A stretch of 63,042 nt of DNA, the filler included, from Octopus bimaculoides (taxonomy: Eukaryota), in the NCBI RefSeq assembly GCF_001194135.2. It is 6 parts of 6 records of this genome, joined end to end, with 100 filler letters (N's around TTAATTAATTAA, not from the genome) between each part and the next. Parts side by side here need not be neighbours in the genome. Positions count along the whole stretch, not along the records: positions 43,964 to 52,029 come from NC_069002.1; positions 52,130 to 58,351 come from NC_068991.1; positions 58,452 to 63,042 come from NW_026436857.1; 3 more parts are not named here. One strand, written 5' to 3'. How positions within the stretch are numbered: position 1 is the first letter of the stretch; the number at the start of each line of letters is the position of its first letter. The notes under the pieces are model-generated. The model worked only from the letters and a program-made list of their open reading frames with translations. It ran no database searches and was not told the origin of the DNA. Shown piece after piece: positions 51,931 to 63,042 of this stretch. Made by a program: the position numbers and the translations under genes.

Positions 51931-52172
51931 CATTAAAGAGGAGGAGACAGAGAGTGAGAGAGGGCAAGAGAGGAGAGAGCGAGCAAGAGAGGAGGGAGAA
52001 GGAAAGAGAGGAAAGATCAGGGGAGAGAGNNNNNNNNNNNNNNNNNNNNNNNNNNNNNNNNNNNNNNNNNNNNTTAATTAATTAANNNNNNNNNNNNNNN
52101 NNNNNNNNNNNNNNNNNNNNNNNNNNNNNATTATCATTGTTGTTGTTGTTGTTGTTGTTTCCTTTTCTTTCT

Positions 52173-52267
52173 CAAATTTTCTTCCATTTCTCGCCGAGTG
52201 TTTTCCGTACACCTAGGGCAGAGAAACTCATTGTATGCATTCCCAGTTTACACACGCAAATTCACAG

Positions 52268-52268
<1 letters not shown>
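52173..52268 (+). repeat. 96 bp interspersed element embedded in (ATT)n, copy 2
   Basis: caaattttcttccatttctcgccgagtg...cacgcaaattcacagg followed directly by about 150 bp of (ATT)n. Confidence 0.85.
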
Positions 52269-52328
<60 letters not shown>

Positions 52329-52360
52329 CATTATTATTATTATTATTGTTATCATTATTA

Positions 52361-52392
<32 letters not shown>

Positions 52393-53817
52393 GTTATTAT
52401 TATTATTATTATTATGATCATCATCATTGTTTCTTTATTTGCAATAAGCGCGACGGATGAGCGGATATTCAGAGTACAAATTACAACAATGGGTGGATCT
52501 TTATGGAGAATCGATCAATGATAATAATCATCAAAATAATGATGATTTTAACGAGTTGTAGAATGTCCCTTGGTCTATGTGTACTGAAGTGTTTTGAGAC
52601 AGATATGAATATCGGTTTTCTTATAATGATACCGGAAGTTTGTGAACTAGAGCATCCTGTTATATAAAGGTTATGGGATGTAGTTAATTCTACTACCTTT
52701 ATTCAACATCCTGTTGTAGTATATCTGTGTTCGTGGTTAATGAAGGATTACCTACTGTCGAAAATATTAAAGACCCTTTCTTTTGAACAATTGACACTCT
52801 TGTTGATAGTCTGGCATATATATATATATATATATATATATANNNNNNNNNNNNNNNNNNNNNNNNNNNNNNNNNNNNNNNNNNNNNNNNNNNNNNNNNN
52901 NNNNNNNNNNNNNNNNNNNNNNNNNNNNNNNNNNNNNNNNNNNNNNNNNNNNNNNNNNNNNNNNNNNNNNNNNNNNNNNNNNNNNNNNNNNNNNNNNNNN
53001 NNNNNNNNNNNNNNNNNNNNNNNNNNNNNNNNNNNNNNNNNNNNNNNNNNNNNNNNNNNNNNNNNNNNNNNNNNNNNNNNNNNNNNNNNNNNNNNNNNNN
53101 NNNNNNNNNNNNNNNNNNNNNNNNNNNNNNNNNNNNNNNNNNNNNNNNNNNNNNNNNNNNNNNNNNNNNNNNNNNNNNNNNNNNNNNNNNNNNNNNNNNN
53201 NNNNNNNNNNNNNNNNNNNNNNNNNNNNNNNNNNNNNNNNNNNNNNNNNNNNNNNNNNNNNNNNNNNNNNNNNNNNNNNNNNNNNNNNNNNNNNNNNNNN
53301 NNNNNNNNNNNNNNNNNNNNNNNNNNNNNNNNNNNNNNNNNNNNNNNNNNNNNNNNNNNNNNNNNNNNNNNNNNNNNNNNNNNNNNNNNNNNNNNNNNNN
53401 NNNNNNNNNNNNNNNNNNNNNNNNNNNNNNNNNNNNNNNNNNNNNNNNNNNNNNNNNNNNNNNNNNNNNNNNNNNNNNNNNNNNNNNNNNNNNNNNNNNN
53501 NNNNNNNNNNNNNNNNNNNNNNNNNNNNNNNNNNNNNNNNNNNNNNNNNNNNNNNNNNNNNNNNNNNNNNNNNNNNNNNNNNNNNNNNNNNNNNNNNNNN
53601 NNNNNNNNNNNNNNNNNNNNNNNNNNNNNNNNNNNNNNNNNNNNNNNNNNNNNNNNNNNNNNNNNNNNNNNNNNNNNNNNNNNNNNNNNNNNNNNNNNNN
53701 NNNNNNNNNNNNNNNNNNNNNNNNNNNNNNNNNNNNNNNNNNNNNNNNNNNNNNNNNNNNNNNNNNNNNNNNNNNNNNNNNNNNNNNNATATATATAGTT
53801 ATGTGCTTCAACTACAT

Positions 53818-54275
53818 CATTAGAGCTTTTTAACTCTTATTTCTAGCAATGTTGGTGTTCCAACACCCTAGTCATATGAAGTGACAATTAGAGTTTTCGT
53901 GTTTGGTAACACATTGCACACGGATGTCTATATTAATTTTTGGTATACAAATTAGCGATTCGCTAAATCATCCATGGATTTTTATGGTGAATGCACATGT
54001 ACCGACAGTGAATTAAATCCGTAATCAGCCGAATCCAGCAGTCTCTGCTGATGAGGCTACGGAATTAGCTGAGACTGGCCGATCAGTATAACGAATTTCT
54101 CGACCGGTGTTTTCGGGTTATTACAATCCCTGTCAGCGCATATATATACAATTATGTGCTTTAACCACAACATTAAAGCTTTCTAGTTCTTATTTCTAGC
54201 AATGTAGGTGTTCAAACACCCTTGTCATATTTAGTGACAATGATAGTTTCCTGTTTTGGTAACACATTCCACACA
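53818..54275 (+). repeat. About 105 bp imperfect direct repeats 353 bp apart, enclosing a hammerhead-like motif
   Basis: 53818-53922 and 54171-54275 share tcttatttctagcaatgt.ggtgttc.aacaccc..gtcatat...gtgacaat...tttggtaacacatt. CTGATGA is at 54048. Confidence 0.75.
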
Positions 54276-54620
54276 GCTGTCTGTCTGTCTGTCTGTCTCT
54301 GTCTCTCTCTCTCTCTCTCTCTCCCCCTCTCATGCATATATACATATATATATATTGATGTAGGGGTGTGGTAAGACATTTGCTTCACTACCACATGGTT
54401 TCGGGTTCAGTTCCCTAACTCTTCGAAACGCCAGTGTTAGAATGGTGGCAGCTGATGAAAGAAATGTTCTCTATGTGGCCTGTGTGTTTTCTGTACTCTG
54501 TTCCTCATTTTGTCTGTTTTGTTTGCAACGTCCTGTACCCAGATATGCATCTATATATACATGTAGATGTAAGTATGTACATACATGTACGTATATATGC
54601 ATATACTCATTTATTATTTG

Positions 54621-54658
<38 letters not shown>

Positions 54659-55988
54659 ATGTAGGGATGTAGTAAGAAGTTTGCTTCACAACCGCATGGT
54701 TTCGGGTTGGTTCAGTTCCACTGCGTATTTTCTATTATAGTCGAGAACCGACCAAATCCGTGTGAATGGTTTTGGTAGCTGGAAAGTCAAAGAAGCCCAT
54801 CGTAGATACATCTACATACGTGTTTGTGAGTGTGTTTTGTGTTTGTGTCTTCTACCTGCAATTGATAATAGATCTTGGTTTGTTTACGCTCCGTAACGTA
54901 ATGGCTCAACAGAATTGGCTAATGGTAAGTAGAAGGTTTGAAACATAAAAATAAGTACTTGGGCCGATTCGTTTGATTAAATAGCTTTTGGAAGCAGCAG
55001 CCCTACATGCGCGAGTGTGTGTGTGTGCGTGTGTGTGTGTGCGTGTGTGTGTGTGCGTGTGTGTGTATCATATTTTTAGAAGAGCATTAAATATATCGTA
55101 ATTTCTTGAGAAATCCGTTTTGTATAATGTGATCCAATTTCCGTCAAGTAGGTGTGTTTTTTCCCATCCCAAATTGTCGTTCACAAATGTATACCATTTA
55201 TTATCAAAATCTTATCCGTTCAATTTCATATTACACCTACACACACACACACACACACACGTGTATTTTTCCTTCTATATCTGTAAGTACATAACACTTA
55301 AACGCACACATGCGTGTATGTGTATGTGTGTGTGTGGGGGTGGGTGGGTGGTGGTGGTTGTGTGTAAATACCACCTCACATTACCTCAGCTACATTACAT
55401 CCAAGTAAGACTGAAGTCATATCTAAACCTAATAGAACCACCTGGGTAGGAAATCTTATATCCAAAGTTCAAAATCTTTACCCCCTCCGAGCTTAGCCTT
55501 ATTGTTAGGCGAAACATAATATGCTAAAGACGGCGTGTCAAGAATTTTTGGTGGTGAAGTTTATCAAAGTAATGTTTGTAAGGTGTTTTATTTTACATTT
55601 CATGTTGAATGGTGACCTCTTTGTCATGACAAACACAAAGGTCATAAATCAACTAACCTCTACTGTTTCTCCCCTTTACCGGTTGCTACATAAGTCTTAA
55701 GCCTACCATCTTTTTAAAAGCCCTAATTCCCAAAGTAACATTGATATTCACACCCGTTGCTGTTTCGTCTTGGCTTCAAACTTATTGTTAATGTTATTGT
55801 TGTTGTTGTGTTGCTTTTGATATTGTTGTCGTCATCGTCGACGTTGTCGTTGTTGTTGCTGTTGTTGTTTTGACCCCAGGTAAACCCTGATCGAGCAAAC
55901 GTGTAATCGAAGTTTCGTTGTTATTGTTATACCATCGTAGAGTAAGAATTAATATAATTCTTCGGTTTGGAATTTCTCCAGAGTTGTA

Positions 55989-56061
<73 letters not shown>

Positions 56062-56399
56062 ATTCACACACACACGCACATTATTTTTATTATCAGTCGT
56101 CCGTCGACGGATATCAGCTGGCTTCGAGTAATCACTGAATGGTTTTTATTTCAGAGATTTCCTTCTCCTTTATGGATTGTCTTCATCATGACTGGTGAGC
56201 ACCAGCTATTCTTGGCTTTATTGGGTGGACGTTGACTCTGACTCTCTTGAGTTCCACTCGGATTTATATACACATACATACATACATACTACTAGAATTA
56301 GTACTTGGCTTACAAAGAGTAAGTCCTGGGGTCGATTTCTTCGACTAAAGACCGCAGTCAAATGGCTGAAACGTGTAAAAACGGAGTATATATACATAC

Positions 56400-56487
<88 letters not shown>

Positions 56488-56599
56488 ATATAATACGCGA
56501 ACATACATATACGTACACATATCTGTAACATTAGAAGTGACAAAACTGTTGCTGTGAACATTTCTATAAAACATCATTGTATTATGAGACAAGTTGTTA

Positions 56600-57444
56600 T
56601 AATCCCATTACACTATCACCCCTAATGCCACACAACCAACCACTAACGCACTGCCGCCAACACCCTACTCGCAACACTACCCTACTCACTTCCCCCAACA
56701 CCACTATCCTTCAACACCACCACCACCACCACCACCACCATCGCTACTATTAACATCACAACCTTTGCAACCCCCATCCACACCCACTACTACCACTATC
56801 ACTACTACCACCGCCACCACCACTATCCTGTCGCCACTTTTCCACCTCCTTTGCACAATCACTGATAACCGCACCACCATCGGGGATGGGCGGAGCTCTA
56901 TATATTGCTGTTCAGCTGGGTTACCTTTGATTTGTGGGGGTCAGCTGTAATCAGGTAAACAACAACAACAACAACATCGCAACTCTGTTACTATTATCAC
57001 GTCATCGCATCACCATCGCCACCACCACCGCCGCCGCCGCCGCCACCAAGGCCGCCGCCACCAAGGCCGCCGCCACCAAGGCCGCCGCCACCAAAGCCGC
57101 CGGCCCCACCACCACTGTCGCCGGCTCCACCACCACTACTGCCGTCGGCTCCACCACCACCGAAACCACAACCGCCGCCGCCGTTATCATTATCATGCCA
57201 TCAACAATGTCACACCAACGCTATCACTATCATTATTGTCATACCAACACCGCCACCACTATCACACCACAGTTGCCCCTCCTTGCCCCACGCCAATACC
57301 ATCGCCACAACCACCAACTATGTCAACACGGACATGGTAGTCACAATTACTACCAACATCACCGCCATCACCACTATCACCACCGCTACTAAAACCTCTA
57401 ACCCCCCACCACATCCCCCACCACATCCCCTACCACATCCCCCC
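56600..57444. repeat. (ACC/GCC)n low-complexity block with a 15 bp x4 and a 12 bp x3 minisatellite
   Basis: gccgccgccaccaa(g/a) x4 at about 57036-57095, and cccc(c/t)accacat x3 at about 57402-57440. Confidence 0.85.
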
Positions 57445-58015
57445 NNNNNNNNNNNNNNNNNNNNNNNNNNNNNNNNNNNNNNNNNNNNNNNNNNNNNNNN
57501 NNNNNNNNNNNNNNNNNNNNNNNNNNNNNNNNNNNNNNCACCTATGAAGGTAGAAAGAATAAATGATTGGAAGATTTAGTGGCAAATCTCTGATGTGCTG
57601 ATTTGGAAATATAAAGGGAGACCCTTATTTTTCTAGAAGTGGTGGTAGTGGTGGTGGTGGGGTTGATAATAGGGAAATGCGGACGATGGAATGGGAGAAA
57701 GGTGGACTTTGGTTTAGGGTAGAATGAATAGGAGACGGAGAAAGGAGGTGAGAGAGAGCGAGAGAGAGAGAGAGAGAGGGTTAACAGAAAGGTAGATATG
57801 TATATGTGGATTGTGTGTATGTGTGTGTGTATGTCTGTGTGTGTGCGTGTATGTGCACAAGTATATATGCGTGTGCACTTGTGTACGTAAATGTATACAT
57901 ACACATATGAATACATGGATCCGCATACATATAAGCATTTGTATATCTATATGAATATATGTTTCTTTCTCTTTTTGTCTCTCTCTCTCTCCCTCGGTAT
58001 ATATGCACTCATACA

Positions 58016-58049
<34 letters not shown>

Positions 58050-59789
58050 CATACATATATATATATATACATACACATATATGCACATACATATATAGAT
58101 AGATATACAAACATGTGTACATATGTGCATGCGTTTGCACAGACATAAACACACAGAGTATATATTCATATATATATATATTACATATCTACACACCCCA
58201 CCTACACACCCATATGTCTAGATAAACGAATATGCGTATTCATGTGTATGTATCGTGGGGTATAAAGGGGAAAGAAAGTGTGAGATGAGATAACAAGATA
58301 AAATAATATATATACATACGTACATACATGTATATATATATATATATATATNNNNNNNNNNNNNNNNNNNNNNNNNNNNNNNNNNNNNNNNNNNNTTAAT
58401 TAATTAANNNNNNNNNNNNNNNNNNNNNNNNNNNNNNNNNNNNNNNNNNNNCTCTCTCTCTCTCTGTTCCTCCTATTATCGTCATCCAACCTTTTCTTTT
58501 TACCTCAAGCTACTTCCTTCCCTTTCACTTTCTCCATCTCTCGTTGTATTTCACTGTCTTCTCACTTGAATATTGAATGATTGCTGGCTGCTCGCTTTCT
58601 TCCTTGTTCTTCATTAATCTACCTATCTATTTAACTATCCAATTTATCACTCTTTATAAGACTTTCTTTTCCTCCCTTCTTTCACACATTAGCCATTCAA
58701 TTGTCCTTTTAATCTGACGGATCGAAAGAATACTAGAAACAAATAAACGGACATAGAATTTAGTATTTCATATATCAAAATAGTTGTTATATAAGCAATG
58801 TAATGGTGCAATCGAGAGTGCGTTGAAAAGACAGTTTGGAGGAGTCATCTGTAAAAGTTTACCGCGGTACTTGATCGTTTCACAATGCGAAAATCTTTAT
58901 GCGGTCAGTCGGCATAGTAGAATTTTGCAGCCAAACCCTTTCAAATCACCCCACAATGTCTTTAAAAAAGGAATACTATATAATGTAGCCCTAGATACAT
59001 TATCGAGTGTGGTGGGATGGTGGAATGGAAGAAACGGGGCAGGCAAGGTAGAAATGCCTTTGATGATAGGTCTTCTCAACCACGACTGACCTGAGGCTAA
59101 ACAACGACAATAATTGGTACTATATTTTATTAACCGGAGATGAAAAGCAAAGTCGATTCCGAGAAGATTTCTTAGCAGATCACAAAAGAGCGTCACAGAT
59201 CAAGTAGCGTGATTTAGTACTTCGCCTGTTTTATTATCCAAAGTTTGTGGCATTGAAATATTTGTCATAATTATTTGGCAGTGGTTTTAGTTCCTCAGAC
59301 AATACGTGATGCAATATTTAGTTACATACATTTTGTTACGAGTGTGAAACTAGATTAGGCCACGCTTTGCTTTTCAGCCTACTGGGATCGGCGAAACGAA
59401 GTATCACTTAAGTAGTTCAAATTAGCAGAAAACAAAAGACGAAGACAGTTGAGGTAACAACAAACATGTATATGTAGTTTGACGCTCGGGAAGAATAGAA
59501 AAGTCTGACATTTCCAGCCTACGCTATTCGAATGATATCGTTGAGAGGGAAAAAATGTAGAGAGAAAGGAATAAAAAAACGTAGAGAAAAAATGTTTCGG
59601 GATTAACAGTTCAACAAAATAAAATGACCGGAAGAAAGAGGCTGGGTAAAAGGGAGATAATAATGGTGACCCAGATGAACTAGGGTGCGCAAGAGCGTGT
59701 GTGTATGTAGGAAGGGTGTATGTGAGAGTATGTGTGAATGGGGACGAGCGCTTAAAATTATGTGGGTTTTCGTGTTCGTATGGGAGCGC

Positions 59790-60640
59790 GCGCGCGCGTG
59801 TGTGTGTGTGTGAGTAGGGTTTGTGTGTGCGTGTATGTATTTGTGTATAAGTAACGTAGTGTGTGCATTGTGTGGAGTGATGTGCGCTTCGGGTATTTGT
59901 GTGTGTGCGTACGGACGCGTGTATTTGTGTGTGAGGCTGCATAGTACGTGTGCGTGTGTGTCTGTGTACATGTGCAAACGCTTGTTTGTAGCAGTTAGTG
60001 TGTACTTGTGCAAGTGGTGTGTGTGTGTACGTGAGTGTGTGTACGTGAGTGTGTGTGTGTGTGTGTGTGACCTTATAATGTACGTGTGTATTGCGTATGT
60101 TTATGTGCGAAAACTATATGTATTTATGCGTGTTGTATGCGTGTATATATTGTCTGTGTTCAGGCGTGTTGTGTGCGTGTGTATTGTGTGTGTTTTAGGA
60201 GTGAATACTGTGTGTTGTGGGGGATTGCATGGAGGTGGAAGGTGGGATAGGAGTGATGAGAGTTAGGGGTTGGGAGGTGTTGGGCACTAGTGTGTGTGAA
60301 GTGGGAAAATGTGTGTGAATGCATATACATGTACGTGTGTGCATGATGGTGTGTGGTGTGGGTACTGATTTGAACAGTTTTCAGGTGTGTTCGTATAACG
60401 GTGTGTGTGGTGAGGTGCTGGCGAGTGGGTGTGTGCACAATGGTGTGTATGTAGGTACTAGAAGGATTTCTGGGAAGTGTTTGGTGTTAGTGTGTGTGAA
60501 TGCGTGTTGTTGTGAGTTTGTGTGGGGGTGTGCGTAATGGTGTGTGGTGTGAGTACTGAGTTGAACAGTATGTATGGTCGTTTGTATAATAGTGTGTGTG
60601 GTGACGGTAGTGAGTTAGGTGTGGGGAGGGGCAGTTAAAA
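59790..60640. repeat. Degenerate (GT)n-rich tract
   Basis: About 850 bp of interrupted GT/TG repeats. The C/V-rich and H/T-rich ORFs here are by-products. Confidence 0.85.
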
Positions 60641-61231
60641 GTCGAAGATACGTGGGAATATGTGTGGATTGGTGTTAGATGAAGGGAGGTAGCGATTTTA
60701 GGCCATAAGGAGCAAAGGAATGAACGGAGAAGACTCATTCTTGTTGACGGCGGAGGCAGGAGTCTGGTTGGCCTCTGTGTAAAGACAATCCGAGCACATA
60801 CAGATATAACGAATGACTGGTGGAGCGGAAGTGTATTGGGGTAGATTAAATCCACTTTTCCGCGCGCTATATATTTCTGAATTTATGCATTTACTAGAAA
60901 TTATAGGTAGTAGTATTAATAACAACTTCATCCCTACTGGAATACTTGCTATATGAAAATACTTTCATGGATGTATTTAACAAAGATACTTAAAAAAATA
61001 CCCCAGATCATAACACAATATGATTCAATGCTTGTCTGAATTATATTTACACTCTCATCCCCTCACGATTGTATTTAACTATCAATAAAAAGGGGTTTTA
61101 TATCTGTATTCTAACTCTATCATTCTGCCTCTTTCTCCCATCTTTTTTGCCACTTTCCCTATACATTGAAATGTATGCATATCAAAGCGTATCTCTTTCT
61201 CTCTCTCTCTCTATGTCTATCTATCTATCTA

Positions 61232-61262
<31 letters not shown>

Positions 61263-63042
61263 NNNNNNNNNNNNNNNNNNNNNNNNNNNNNNNNNNNNNN
61301 NNNNNNNNNNNNNNNNNNNNNNNNNNNNNNNNNNNNNNNNNNNNNNNNNNNNNNNNNNNNNNNNNNNNNNNNNNNNNNNNNNNNNNNNNNNNNNNNNNNN
61401 NNNNNNNNNNNNNNNNNNNNNNNNNNNNNNNNNNNNNNNNNNNNNNNNNNNNNNNNNNNNNNNNNNNNNNNNNNNNNNNNNNNNNNNNNNNNNNNNNNNN
61501 NNNNNNNNNNNNNNNNNNNNNNNNNNNNNNNNNNNNNNNNNNNNNNNNNNNNNNNNNNNNNNNNNNNNNNNNNNNNNNNNNNNNNNNNNNNNNNNNNNNN
61601 NNNNNNNNNNNNNNNNNNNNNNNNNNNNNNNNNNNNNNNNNNNNNNNNNNNNNNNNNNNNNNNNNNNNNNNNNNNNNNNNNNNNNNNNNNNNNNNNNNNN
61701 NNNNNNNNNNNNNNNNNNNNNNTATATATATTTGTGTGTTTATGTCTGTTTGTCACCCACACCATCACTTGACAACCGACGTTGGTGTGTTTACGTCCCC
61801 GTAACTTAATGGTTCGTAACTTAGACTTACAAATAATAAGTCCTGGGGTCGATTTGTCCGACTAAAACCCCTTAAGGTGGTGCTCCAACATAGCCGCGGT
61901 CAAATAACTGAAACAGGTAAAAGAATAAAAGAATATACATATATATATATTTTTTAAATTTAGCATTCAGTGTTTGGGTATCTATTGCTGAAGATGCAAA
62001 AATATGCTGGAATCACGTGATACAGTAGTCTTAAAACTGGTGCAAACAAAATTATTCCTCTGCTGATATAATTTGTGGTTTTTAGCATTTGTCGTGTATA
62101 CGAGACAGGACAATATACTGCAATTTATGGCGTTAAAACAGCGCATCAAAGTTAAGCTGGATGTGCAAATTAATATCCGCTATATTGACAATTCGTTATA
62201 ATTCTTCAGTTATAGCTCATAAATGTGTGCGTGTGTATGTGTGTAGGAGTGTGTATGTATGCATGTAGATATATATAAATAGATCAGTAGCATATGGTGG
62301 TTGTTGTCATTGGGTGTGCTGCCACACTGACCATACTAAGGCTAACATTAGTATTACTCAAATTAGGGATACAGACTGTATTTCTATTCAAAATGTAGGG
62401 TCCAGAATGTAAATAACGTAAACTCAATTTATTTGGGATACAGATATATGGCACTAAAGTAAAGTGAATTACTAATACTCTATAAATTGTAAGCGTTCTA
62501 AAATAAGCCATACTTTTCTTATGCGCACACAGTGAAAAATAAGAAACCATATATGCTCTATTCTTTTACTTTGAGACATAAAATGTTCGACAACCTCATC
62601 GTACAATACCACAATTCGACCTGACTTGAGTTTGGTTTCTGACTTCTAAAAGTGTATTATTAGTTTTGAAAACAAATTAAGATCAAAGTTATATGATGAT
62701 ATTGTAAGATAAAAATTACTGTAAAAAAAAAAACAAAAAAAAAAAAAACAATATGCGACCGTGCTGTCAAAGATGTCGCACACCCTTCGCCATTAATTTT
62801 TCATCATTCTTCCACGATACACTCGGCACCATATTATGACACAATGCACTGTGAAGTGTGCAGTTTTATTTCAGGAAATCAGCCATCAAATTTCAAGAAT
62901 TAATTCGACAGAATCAGTTGTCGTAAATTTTGAAACCCATTTGAGTTCTTTTATATATACATTACCTACTGTCCGAATGTTTTGTTGTCGCCTGTTACGT
63001 TCTTGTTCTATTTTTTGTTTTGATTTTTTATATATACATATA

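Noticed and set aside
58784-59196. About 100 aa ORFs on both strands, and the 88 aa ORF at 62284-62550
   Set aside because: No motif, splice support or homology was recognised, and the lengths are compatible with chance.

Overview
This is AT-rich eukaryotic (animal) genomic DNA from a gapped draft assembly. The SINE families, the microsatellite load and the style of the gaps point to an octopus, probably Octopus bimaculoides; that is recognition, not a database result. Host genes are present only as small exons that the ORF track mostly misses. (1) A minus-strand gene with three spliceable coding exons (13158-13069, 7951-7877, 2635-2544) translates to the N-terminal CH domain of the kinetochore protein Nuf2 and runs off the left edge. 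(2) A divergently oriented plus-strand gene has at least two phase 1-1 LDL-receptor class A exons (20698-20829, 23694-23822). Most of the remainder is decayed mobile DNA: RTE, RTE-X and CR1/Jockey-like LINE fragments, three Tc1/mariner families, two Helitron fragments, four tRNA-derived SINE families, Penelope-like remnants with hammerhead-like cores, a MITE with a head-to-head telomere-repeat palindrome, and many simple repeats. The most notable observations are a CpG-decay contrast between copies of the same SINE inside and outside the nuf2 gene body, the telomeric-palindrome MITE, and a retrozyme-like direct repeat carrying a decayed type I hammerhead. I found no convincing novel multi-gene system and no CRISPR, rRNA or true tRNA gene.
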